From positions 94,676,001 through 94,740,000 of the forward strand of contig OZ076409.1 of the NCBI GenBank assembly GCA_964187785.1: DNA of 64,000 nucleotides. The letters are read 5' to 3'. The notes under the pieces were generated by a model. It saw only the letters and a list, made by a program, of their open reading frames with translations, had not been told where the DNA came from and made no database searches. This DNA comes from Amphiscolops sp. MND2022. Its lineage: Eukaryota. Below are positions 33,101-39,566 of this stretch, one piece after another (the stretch's first letter is position 1; every line of letters starts with the position of its first letter). A program made the translations under genes and the position numbers.

Positions 33101-33214
33101 TTTCTCCAGCAGCTTTGTGGCCGGGGTCAGATGGTCATCTTCGCGCTCCGGGATCTTGACCAACAACCGCTCTTCGTAAGTGGTTCTGAAGTACTCCTCC
33201 AAGCTGAACGGCAT
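12129..33214 (-). CDS. CFAP73: CFAP73/CCDC42-family coiled-coil ciliary protein, ~312 aa; exons 33083-33214, 31218-31458, 29429-29580, 13009-13161, 12129-12389
   Basis: Segments MPFSLEEYFR..LLEKRREMKE / VEQALSAQKEEF..KFDKFLKEND / ..WNQIQTTAAAKTLELGRIKMATLNLF match CFAP73/CCDC42. Exon phases are all compatible. Introns 1, 3 and 4 are GT-AG; intron 2 is GG-AG. Confidence 0.88.
13173..13547 (+). mobile_element. Non-autonomous Helentron/DINE-1-like dispersed repeat (one of at least 10 related copies)
   Basis: Begins AACAAGCCGGGAACGGCCCAAGTCGGCGCC and ends AGTCGGG..CGCCGACTAAAA (sub-terminal inverted repeats plus terminal hairpin). Near-identical copy at 60208-60743; relatives at ~11617-11994(-), 13709-14070, 52901-53303, 56456-56901(-), 57329-59954, 61750-, 62119-62660. 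Confidence 0.65.
14375..14628 (+). repeat. Polinton left TIR (contains 42-bp direct repeats and a G13 run)
   Basis: Reverse complement of 27995-28243 with few mismatches; internal repeat GGCTCCCAA.CGAAA.T.TTCTAAGATAGATTTCTT.TGCACGTTTTG occurs ~2.3 times. Confidence 0.95.
15009..19479 (+). CDS. polB: Protein-primed family B DNA polymerase (C2H2 fingers, OTU-like, exonuclease with EndoVII/HNH insert, polymerase, acidic tail); predicted introns 16434-16501, 18861-18920, 19119-19192; single-base frameshifts ~15255 and in the A8 run 18023-18030
   Basis: ExoI YADLE, ExoII FHNFSRYD, ExoIII YLQTDV; Pol A FDVTSLY, B KLMSNACFGK, C YKDTDS, KGV motif. C2H2 fingers at 15009-15271; CCICG..HHCHLSG..AHSKCN at ~16672-16770. 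Confidence 0.93.
19551..20108 (-). CDS. Adenain-like cysteine maturation protease
   Basis: IVNTSP..GKHWLL, WDCLG, LQ..SNLCGLYC (His/Asp/Gln/Cys pattern of adenoviral and Polinton proteases). Confidence 0.93.
   Translation of the reverse strand: MMDNSTLQQIVLQNPHLKPSFAGVWSADNFPKQPGWTEQRIILRRGSKHSLYYRPRLVWFQIVNTSPLGAVGKHWLLLGAVSTQKKKNLVFVWDCLGQPLSRYKIFAQRLKLLYGKTGFSTINLTLQNASSNLCGLYCLFMIDYIARNPTKAPKEIDPKLKHFTEVEIIRFMNGQYHTLFRYTVV
20098..21450 (-). CDS. Major capsid protein (double jelly-roll, Polinton PY)
   Basis: 450 aa, intact; motifs LIDLNRIVLSVEV, NNTLHTLFSHAELYLNG, PIRRLTLCMV, PFSYQKFNL, FFLVFDLT typical of Polinton MCP; adjacent to the protease. Confidence 0.9.
   Translation of the reverse strand: MAASVNNLFVGNSTEIAKPVTHSALDYFEKPEVMINYEGAYDQEVFPHVGCRGPQLDFFVAAEAKNLIDLNRIVLSVEVAIYHEDGKTKAKPGDFDAVFSNNTLHTLFSHAELYLNGKLISHSNNCYLHSAFVETELTTDTDSKASWAKCQGYNYLAKSSEKDQMFNKLAADFAQLKESKMQLCGALHIDFLDCEKLLLPNVTLHIRLYRSPNNTIIHLKGTDDEAKAHDGKLLAIVEKASLFVRKVVVTDSVKLSIERALVKSDAMYPYIESLNKSFIIQAGQNCFIKENVFGTEPIRRLTLCMVKNSLFRSTPLNESPFSYQKFNLQRVEIQRGNGVPLAGTPLDTTNNVRLYYNTITALGFTQKSNGISLEDYTDNHFFLVFDLTSTEEASKSFTLFPELTGSSLTLKLYFEKALDDAIELFLIGERFSQVFIDSARNIKKNSPFDG
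21466..22029 (-). CDS. Basic core / membrane-active virion protein (adenovirus pVII/pX-like)
   Basis: Gly-rich adenain-type sites (FIGSG, QMGSGGG) followed by an amphipathic helix IGAFAVRMGRVAIPLVRKYVLP and a K/R-rich tail; lies between mCP and MCP. Confidence 0.7.
   Translation of the reverse strand: MKSTVAQIDQFNFIGSGMDAHYDSQIKANTHTTFSGPARQMGSGGGIGAFAVRMGRVAIPLVRKYVLPVAKQVGKNLIESAVPEIGQILSGKKKPSRKLLTNVAKRAAIETVKTNLPSGVALRPGGGVGERKPGPQRSAAKAKNGVTRNVKQSSGNRKRSNSLSSISKKARAKRSRSDILSEIQFSQ
22055..23089 (-). CDS. Minor capsid protein (penton, Polinton PX)
   Basis: N-terminal FTMNLISNAS..FPENTLSSFTTLLP..LSGEWQVALLEI and C-terminal MFLYCDLV..GDKQTALLR..GQKIPF..VTLAFR. Confidence 0.88.
   Translation of the reverse strand: MTVSTMDGLSASVEHSSCNQEFTMNLISNASMDTFPENTLSSFTTLLPTPIHLSGEWQVALLEIAWPNIIQNVTVGEFTVYKRNIQSPVEKRPRKHNRPGAISMAIPAAFERRSPASTLPFYTAPVKHRLKPGCYTSVDSILASITKIAMGEEQIGRKRISSSPDNVLSLLSWKVDNVTRKLHVKFCGNHKQYGLRIFTESNDLRNILGTNVFIDCGESQKEAVEEIDTESASNTIVKHVGKWPVDLNAGSHTMFLYCDLVQNQTLGDKQTALLRSIPVKSLALVQTLGEMNHKSFSNLQWKRVIKSQFQSINVTLANEMGQKIPFLSCGRTNVTLAFRPTPRH
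23086..24267 (-). CDS. Retroviral-like (rve) integrase with N-terminal PHD finger; no C-terminal chromodomain
   Basis: DDE residues in WSIDLADM, IWVDKGREF, ALAERNIRSLK; N-terminal C4HC3 pattern CGSC..CHVC..HFKC..CSHC; ends at GKFYEPELVRFAPN. Confidence 0.93.
   Translation of the reverse strand: MAYKFLKMGNKKWVCGSCKKSLGKGSKKTPSLWCHVCGWIHFKCSGLTDSKEYHDNFLCSHCRESRVLLDDEKDGDYAAAFPKIHDHYTNPGNTSAFGSRRSLIKASKFRPQDVDRYLNSSETYTKFKLPRKRFPRLKVISYRLNEIWSIDLADMQKLANTNAGIRYLFVAVDVLSRYLWVEPIKVKTAHACREALKKIFAKNDKSRNPKICRETHQPEKIWVDKGREFSGKFATFCSQRGIEIYSTKSETKSALAERNIRSLKSLIFKYMHEHDQSRYFDKLDQFVAIINNRVNRMTKLAPSSVSQKDVNYLVSLCHTNAQKKPKFRIGQQVRIRRKIDTFHRGYKIQFTEELFKIAAIPTNNPPTYIVKDCDGEIIQGKFYEPELVRFAPN
24249..24938 (-). 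CDS. Polinton hypothetical protein (229 aa)
   Basis: Intact ORF overlapping both neighbours in the co-directional cluster. Confidence 0.7.
   Translation of the reverse strand: MTASSSLRDLILITHEEYISLKQQVKKPDAREKQKQHILSNLGQDTDYLHRQEKDMDVSEPSKQSSEDALVAQLNLNSRYPTEKDISKSSEKVNEARQKPSDLVLSNLLESGVTGGKVERSRQILKKIEDCERTTLDDTNHTIILDQQDTGISVVEFLSALQVNTKQLPKKFLTLVEVLRLPQFLLANTYARHTSSQNQHHIRLAAGASPYKKLKLDSETVPNQWLTNF
24922..25263 (-). CDS. Small basic Polinton conserved protein (113 aa)
   Basis: CSDELIKFFCDCIFNVVTGKVKL..SLKRKRQVL resembles the small ORF usually found next to the Polinton ATPase. Confidence 0.7.
   Translation of the reverse strand: MNSQNYYTLDLYQKFSPTLKKFFILHCSDELIKFFCDCIFNVVTGKVKLENNIQRKMAVLSREKTNIETICTKRRVSLKRKRQVLGSDRGMRLLKLVIPSVLNHLKNCHDSKQ
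25235..25969 (-). CDS. A32/FtsK-like DNA packaging ATPase (start probably 25936)
   Basis: Walker A GPAGCGKT, Walker B LVVIDD, Arg-finger GRH, C-terminal PFGHLMIDL. Confidence 0.95.
   Translation of the reverse strand: MRWPRFTRSKTMNKRISTNPHCFISVVGPAGCGKTRLIGRMISNQEKIFRPSFDRIIYFYKHDQDSYEKLRFECSTKAVDLDLVQGLEWNAVERSEALKQRTLVVIDDLYDEAAQTKEFLDLVIAGRHKNVHLMVLRHNLFQQCKNSKTIDLNVTQMILFNSPRDLEQIGILGRQLGERSTLMKAYKRATQEPFGHLMIDLDVRSNRNLRYCSHCSADVPTHFYCATDQLFVSLNDEFTKLLYS
25933..26289 (-). CDS. Small two-TM membrane protein
   Basis: Hydrophobic segments LLLVFFHYAIILAVISFCIIFLSL and FASGVLALLSACVGHVL. Confidence 0.6.
   Translation of the reverse strand: MSTIDTCRSSGYCSELTLNENPRDQEDQLDYADLSGPNLERIIFDNTDQERPPFNFNCCDSRVERSLLLVFFHYAIILAVISFCIIFLSLCDSESKFASGVLALLSACVGHVLPGPKR
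26374..26787 (-). CDS. Parvovirus-type phospholipase A2-like protein
   Basis: Ca-loop-like KIGPG followed by HAIFHD..GY (HD catalytic dyad). Confidence 0.65.
   Translation of the reverse strand: MKMFSAREICENFNAVNYLFPRNTTTKNAFLAVCRYLDENVDLRKVNALAQSGGKIGPGDSKLDDYFNFSKILRLHAIFHDAHGYMRSFENVGPGYVYTVTKTQSFRNNMLLGHVSGIAYWTFVKLFHREHFDAFPF
26835..27722 (-). CDS. Polinton hypothetical protein (up to 295 aa; ATG at 27652)
   Basis: Long intact ORF next to the right TIR; no recognised motif; C-terminal CTCYEC. Confidence 0.6.
   Translation of the reverse strand: MAKTPLLKYPHYKSEANSEEKSENMTTVFREIPFNYWLVLFATDENRESQKEGNSEMPVSVAEMLETLTNSNGCQFIYRKHKNGENSDGELNDFCQSMPSNHSHILLYIPYFSGAEKLIKQSVSQTLSNVQNAKVKLLTVSYPENFMKTEISMFHDESLIIRGERMQKLIKVKTTETLGCKFVSSWEFEKHNSLGNCPESEKALYVFQKLLQLEKSDTPFKDTIISYIDLLQRGMGRLFLTEHSRTLDIDLGVSNAQCTCYECLYQPLHETQDDQSTNSEFSLFNEDTIIDTSFL
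27995..28243 (-). repeat. Polinton right TIR
   Basis: Inverted copy of the left TIR (C9 run instead of G13). Confidence 0.95.
30045..30111 (+). repeat. tRNA-derived SINE-like head (inverted relative at 54176-54245)
   Basis: A box GTGGCCCAGTTGG and B box GGTTCGAACCC; downstream flank CTGAAATT..TTTCTCA shared with the 54 kb copy. Confidence 0.6.
30695..30768 (+). repeat. Degenerate tRNA-like sequence (pseudogene or SINE head)
   Basis: TGGCACAGTGG ... GGTTCGAATCTC; acceptor stem is poor. Confidence 0.45.
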
Positions 33215-35019
33215 CTTGCTCCAATCTGATTGGCTGGCGGCTATTCTCAAGCAGTGTTGCACAGCGGAACAAAAAAGCCTAGAGCATTTTTTAAATGTGT
33301 TGTTAAAAATCTTGATTTTTCAAAAAAAATCAAAAAAATGGATAATTATAAAAAATATATACAATAAAAATAGGGTTGGGTAAAAGAAATAAATTATATC
33401 TATGTCAATAAAAAAATAAGCAAACTTCGTTATTTATTCCGAACTTTGAAATATTACGTAAGTTGATCGGGCCTGCAAACGTCGCCTTTGATTTGAATCA
33501 ATGGTAATAAAAAATGAGCTTGATAATTATCTTGATTTTTATCATTGATAACTGCTATCAATTGATTTTTATCTAACTACACTATTTATAATCAACAAAT
33601 TGTTTCGAAATTTTTTTAAGGTAGCGCAAATGTACAGTGGCACTTATCACGCTTTCGGAATGAATTTTACTGGAACAATGCAAGTTCATGCGAAAAAAAA
33701 AAGAAAGTTGATTTAATGCAGACAATTTTTTTGCTTAGAACGCGCTCAAAAAGGGTTTTTAAAAAAAACATTGCCATGAGAAAACAATACATGCAAAATA
33801 TTTCGAAAAGTTGGAAAACAGAAGAATTTCGTCGTAACTTTTTTTGCTAAAAGTAATATATCAGTTTGTACAAAAGAAAAAAGCTGGGAAAAACATACAT
33901 CACCGCTTGAGTGATTGAATAAATGAATGCTTCTCAAGATACGTTTTGGCGCAAGCAATTATGTAACGTGCGCGTTTAAACTGTACGTGGCGAAAAACGC
34001 GTATTACTCAAACAGCACAACTATATGCTGCAAAGCTCATCTTGATTCTAATGCCATTTCATTTTGAGCTGCTTTTAGAGAAGCAAACCACGCAGATTTA
34101 CAGGTGTGTGCACTGATCCTTTGACCATGAAGTGAAACAATGCTGTTTTTTGTAACAAAAAAGTTTTAAGCTTCATCAGAAATTTGACAAGAACCTATTA
34201 TATTGAAATGTCTGTAAAGAGTGAATTATAACCAATAACTACTCAATTGAATTTGAGTCTGAAAATTTCGCTCTATTCCACGATGGTTTTAGGCAAGACA
34301 AATAGTCTGTAAAGCCTCGGATCGACTTAGTCTTAAAATGGGAATATCCGAAGCATTTTTGAATTGCAGTAAAGAAAATCTGCGATACCCCCTTCCTGAC
34401 GTGCACTTTATTTTGCAGTTCGGAGTCCATGATTTTTAGGCGAAGCGAAGCCTATCACCATTTTATTTTCAGAGTCAAATTTCACTTTCTCTGTCACAAA
34501 AGTGTGGCATTCATCGTTTTTTTACTTTGAGCCCTTATTATTTGTCTTCCTCTATGAGAGGTACGCGTTTTGTTGTTTCCAAAAAATGACACAAATCGAG
34601 CAACTCGAGAAAAACGTTTTGTCGACGGATGTTCCGACATGTGCTTTTCCCGTTTGAAAACTTGGTCGAATCTGAACACCAGCTTCTAACCAGTTAGCTA
34701 CTAATATCTTCAGAACCATTCGAGCTACTGGTATGATGGTTAATACTTTTTCACGATGCACTCCCGGAGCCTTCTTGTGGAACAACATCCCGCTATCATT
34801 GCTCCTTTGCAACATTTTAGCCTATTTGTGGATTTCTGGAGCCTATATCTTCGAGAGCATTTGTGATGCAGTAAAAATTTATTCCTCTGGAAGATGCCCG
34901 AGGCCAAGACATGTCCTAGTGCTAAAATATTGGACCAGAGCAAGCTCCATCATATTCTTTTGTGAAAAATTTGGTAGGTTGAGTTTATACTCCCTTTTAC
35001 AGCCAGAAGCCCATTAGTA

Positions 35020-35191
35020 CAGTAGGGGGTGTTTATAACGGAGTGCTTTATAACGACGAGCGATTATAACGACCATTTTCCAAGCTCCTGTCATACAGCA
35101 AATGCTTGTAACCTCTATCTTTATAACGACGGTCTTTATAGCGGCATTAAAATCAACTGCCCCTCAGGGTCGTTATAAAAGCCCCCTACTG
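35020..35191. mobile_element. 172-bp Tc1/mariner-type MITE with TA TSD, present only in duplicate copy 1
   Basis: TA|CAGTAGGGGG...CCCCCTACTG|TA; the empty site CATTAGTATCTTCG is at ~37041 in copy 2. Confidence 0.92.
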
Positions 35192-35648
35192 TATCTTCGA
35201 AACTATTCGAGATACTGACATGATGCACCAGTACTTTTTTATGGCGCACTCCTGGTAGCTCCTGCTGTGGAACTACTTTCATCTCGCTAAAGTAGTTACT
35301 TGGTACATTTTTTCGACAAAAACTGATCACTGATCAAATGGGACTTTAAGCCAGTCCAGATTTCTAATACCTATATCTTCGAGACTATTTGCGAGGCAAA
35401 TCATTTATACCCTGAATTTATTTGATGTCAAACGAGTATTCTTCGCAAGCCTTGCGCCAAGGACCTTCGCGTCTATGTTAATAAAATCTGAAAATGTTTG
35501 ACATAAATTACACTTTTGCAAATCTTATCAAGGCCAGACCTGATTTCAGCTCAAACTGTCCTCCTAGAAGTAAAACCACAAGCTTTAAAATAATTGAAAT
35601 CAAAGTAAAAGTGAAATGAAAATAGAACTTTTCTGAATAAATTTCAAA

Positions 35649-36411
35649 TTATTTTGTAGAAGAAACATCAGTTTCAGAAAGATGTTTTTGTTGCTTCAGT
35701 TTCTTTAAAGACGAAGCCCAGGGTCGGATGTCAGGATTATTCATCGTGCAGTTCATGAAGTCTCGAAAAGAAGAGAGACACTTTTCTTCGTCATAGGCGG
35801 GTGCGTTTTTGGATTTGAGCGCATGTAGGTCGCTTTTGGGTTTGGTGTCTTCGCCACCTTCGCGTTTGGCGTAGATGCACAGGTTCTCCCACTGTCGAAA
35901 GAACTTGCCACAGGGGCCTATGGAGCTATCCACGCAAAAACATGACCAGTTAAGGTCATGTACTAAATCCTGAAAAAAAAACATTCAAAGTAAACCCCAA
36001 GAGAACATCGAAAATAGTTTCAAGTTACACAGAGATAAACTGAGAAATCGATCAATAGCAGAAGAACATTGATGAAATATGCCAAGCTTCCTTTTGTGTC
36101 TAACTAAATCAGCCGGTAGGATTCATCAATTTCAGCCAAATTAGCTCTTTGATACAATGGATATTTGAATTGCATATGTAAAGCAAGTTTTTATGTATGA
36201 ACTTTAAAACAAGAAAATATCCACAAGGGAAACATGACGGTACTTTTCCAGTTTCCCCCAACCCTTGAGCTTTTGAACTTTTCACTTTGAGATTTGTATT
36301 AAATTTCTCCTTTGTATAGCGGAAATGAGTTTCTGCAATTGTTTAAATTCAATGCAGTTCAGGAGTGGAACTGACCGGAAGTGGCATGCCAACATTTAAA
36401 AAACGGTTCAT
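35649..36411 (-). CDS. Mia40/CHCHD4-like twin-CX9C protein, copy 1 (exons 36376-36411, 35649-35969)
   Basis: GMPLP|DLVHDLNWSCFCVDSSIGPCGKFFRQWENLC...CLSSFRDFMNCTMNNPDI aligns with the Mia40 pattern GLILP..INWNCPC...GPCG..F....SC...C...F..M..C....PD; GTCAGT donor and TTTTCAG acceptor are in phase 0. Confidence 0.7.
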
Positions 36412-37503
36412 TCACTCTTCCAGCATAATGAATCTGTTCAGTTTACAAATCAGTTTTGTAAAAATCAAGGGTTGGGGGAAACTGGAAAAGGGCTCTTTTC
36501 TGTTTTCACCCCACCACAGAAAATTTTTTGAAAAATTAGTGAAAATTTTTTTAAAAAGACTTGAATACAAACCAGAAACCTTCAATTTTAATTCATTTAC
36601 AGTGCGACAGTTCGGAATTGAGATATAGAGTTTGTTCGCACTATTTTTCCTTATCAATTCACTCAATGCTTTTCCCGTTTGAAAACTTGATGGTCGAATC
36701 TGAACACCATCTTCTAACCAGTTAGCTACAATTATCTTCAGAACCATTCGAGCTAAAGGTATGATGGTTTTGTACTTTTTCACGATGCACTCCCGGAGCC
36801 TTCTCGTGGAACAACATCCCGCTATCATTGCTCCATTGCGACATTTTAGCCTATTTGTGGATTTCTGGAGCCTATATCTTCGAGAGCATTTGTGATGCAG
36901 TAAAAATTTATTCCTGTGAGAGATGCCCGAGGCCAAGACATGCCCTAGTGCTAAAATATTGGACCAGAGCAAGCTCCATCATATTCTTTTGTGAAAAATT
37001 TGGTAGGTTGAGCTGATACTCCCTTTCACAGCCAGAAGCCCATTAGTATCTTCGAAACTATTCGAGATACTGACATGATGCACCAGTACTTTTTTATGGC
37101 GCACTCCTGGTAGCTCCTGCTGTGGAACTACTTTCATCTCGCTAAAGTAGTTACTTGGTACATTTTTTCGACAAAAACTGATCACTGATCAAATGGGACT
37201 TTTAGCCAGTCCAGATTTTTAATACCTATATCTTCGAGACTATTTGCGATGCAAATCATTTATACCCTGAATTTATTTGATGTCAAACGAGTATTCTTCG
37301 CAAGCCTTGCGCCAAGGACCTTCGCGCCTATGTTATTAAAATCTGAAAATGTTTGACAAAAATTTCACTTTTGCAAATCTTATCAAGGCCAGACCTGATT
37401 TCAGCTCAAACTGTCCTCCTAGAAGTAAAACCACAAGCTTTAAAATAATTGAAATCAAAGTAAAAGTGAAATGAAAATAGAACTTTTCTGAATAAATTTC
37501 AAA

Positions 37504-38249
37504 TTATTTTGTAGAAGAAACATCAGTTTCAGAAAGATGTTTTTGTTGCTTCAGTTTCTTTAAAGACGAAGCCCAGGGTCGGATATCAGGATTTTTCATC
37601 GTGCAGTTCATGAAGTCTCGAAAAGAAGAGAGACACTTTTCTTCGTCATAGGCGGGTGCGTTTTTGGATTTGAGCGCATGTAGGTCGCTTTTGGGTTTGG
37701 TGTCTTCGGCACCTTCGCGTTTGGCGTAGATGCACAGGTTCTCCCACTGTCGAAAGAACTTGCCACAGGGGCCTATGGAGCTATCCACGCAAAAACATGA
37801 CCAGTTAAGGTCATGTACTAAATCCTGAAAAAAAAACATTCAAAGTAAACCCCAAGAGAACACTGAAAACAGTTTCAAGTTAAACAGAGATAAGATAAAC
37901 TGAGAAAACGATCAATAGCAAAAAGAACATTGATGAAATATATCAAGTTTCCTTTTGTGTCTAACTAAATCAGCCGGTAGGGTTTCATCAATTTCAGTCA
38001 AATTAGCTGTTTGATACGATGGATATTTGAATTGCATATGTAAAGCAAGTTTTTATGTATGAACTTCAAAACAAGAAAATATCCACAACGGAAACATGAC
38101 GGTACTTTTCCAGTTTCCCCCAACCCTTGAGCTTTTGAACTTTTCACTTTGAGATTTGTATTAAATTTCTCCTTTGTATAGCGGAAATGAGTTTCTGCAA
38201 TTGTTTCAATTCAAAGCAGTTCAGGAGTGGAACTGACCGGAAGCGGCAT
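37504..38249 (-). CDS. Mia40/CHCHD4-like protein, copy 2 (exons 38238-38249, 37504-37824; upstream ATG changed to ATA)
   Basis: Duplicate of copy 1 with 2 amino-acid changes in exon 2. Confidence 0.62.
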
Positions 38250-39566
38250 GCCAACATTTAAAAAACGGTTTATTCACTCTTCCAGCATAACGAATCTGTT
38301 CAGTTTACAAATCAGTTTTGTAAAAATCAAGGGTTGGGGGAAACTGGAAAAGGGCTCTTTTCTGTTTTCACCCCACCACAGAAAATTTTTTGGAAAATTA
38401 GTGAATTTTTTTTAAAAAAAGACTTGAATACAAACCAGAAACCTTCAATTTTAATTCATTTCCAGTGTGACAGTTTGGAATTGAGATATAAAATTTGTTC
38501 ACACTCTTTTCCTTGTGAAGTCACTCATTTTTGATTAGAAAATTAACAGCTTCCTGTTTTGAGTCACAAAAAACAGCGAATACTATCAAAATTATAGTTA
38601 CAATGTGTGAAAAATGTTTTGCTCAAACAAAACACTATTCCAATGCTTTAACTTCCTTCTATGAAAGATTTTACTTTTAATTATGCTAGTCTAAACTTTT
38701 AAGGAAGATTACTTTCAAAAATTTTGGTGGTGGGGGCAGAAAAGAGCCAGGAAAAGTCGTCCCAATCTAACTTGGCTAGTTCAACGAGCATACCTTGTTA
38801 TACTTGACTTCATCCACAGTAGGCTGTCTCACAGATTGCAAGAGACTGTCCGAAGGAGTTCCCAAGTCGTTCACGCGCAGATGAGTCACCTTACAATTCT
38901 CGGCTGTCTGCTCGCAAAACGCCATTTTTCTGTTCTGGCTTTTTAACTCACACAACCATCAGAAACAATACATCTCATCAACAACAAAACCTGAAAATAA
39001 TGGACAAGTACTTCGGAATCTTATTTCTCACGGTATTCCTAAAGGCTTGAGCTTTGAATTTCCGTAACGGTTGAAAATTACAGAACTTTCAAGGGCGTCT
39101 GCAGATGTTGCTCCACGGTTTTTTTCGTCAGCGCGTTTTCCTCTAAGGAAAAAAGCCGGGCTATTACAGTGATTAGTTTTTTTCGTCAGACAACAGAATA
39201 CACTTTTTATACACAGAGGCGAAGCCGTGCTTCGCAAACACTTGCGCAGAAGGTTGCGAACTTTTGAAGAAAACCAAATAAGCAAAATCATACGCATAGA
39301 AAAAACGCCGGTCTTTTAACCCCAATCGACCAAGGCGTTTTTTAAAATTTTCAAAAAATTTGAATAAAAATTTTAAAAAATTAATATCTCCACAACTACG
39401 CGTACCAGAGAAACGAACTATAGCGCGTTTGAAAGGTCTGGTATTGGGCTTTCATTTTGCTCAGGTGAGCCCCTGTCGCCGCGCGCCCCTTTCTCCAGAA
39501 TTTTAGTTAGCTTCTTTTTCCGGTACCGCCGCTTCGCGACAGTTCCGCACTTCGTGGACTCCGCAC

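Larger units (their letters stand above)
34645..38520. repeat. Tandem duplication, unit ~1.85-2.0 kb (34645-36667 / 36668-38520)
   Basis: Long near-identical blocks, e.g. TTTTCCCGTTTGAAAACTTG at ~34645 and ~36670; duplicated ORFs 35649-35984 and 37504-37839. Confidence 0.95.

Noticed and set aside
34552..37185. ORFs MLWSNILALGHV / MISFCRKNVPSN in the duplicated block
   Set aside because: Frames and stops differ between the two copies, and no recognisable domain is present.
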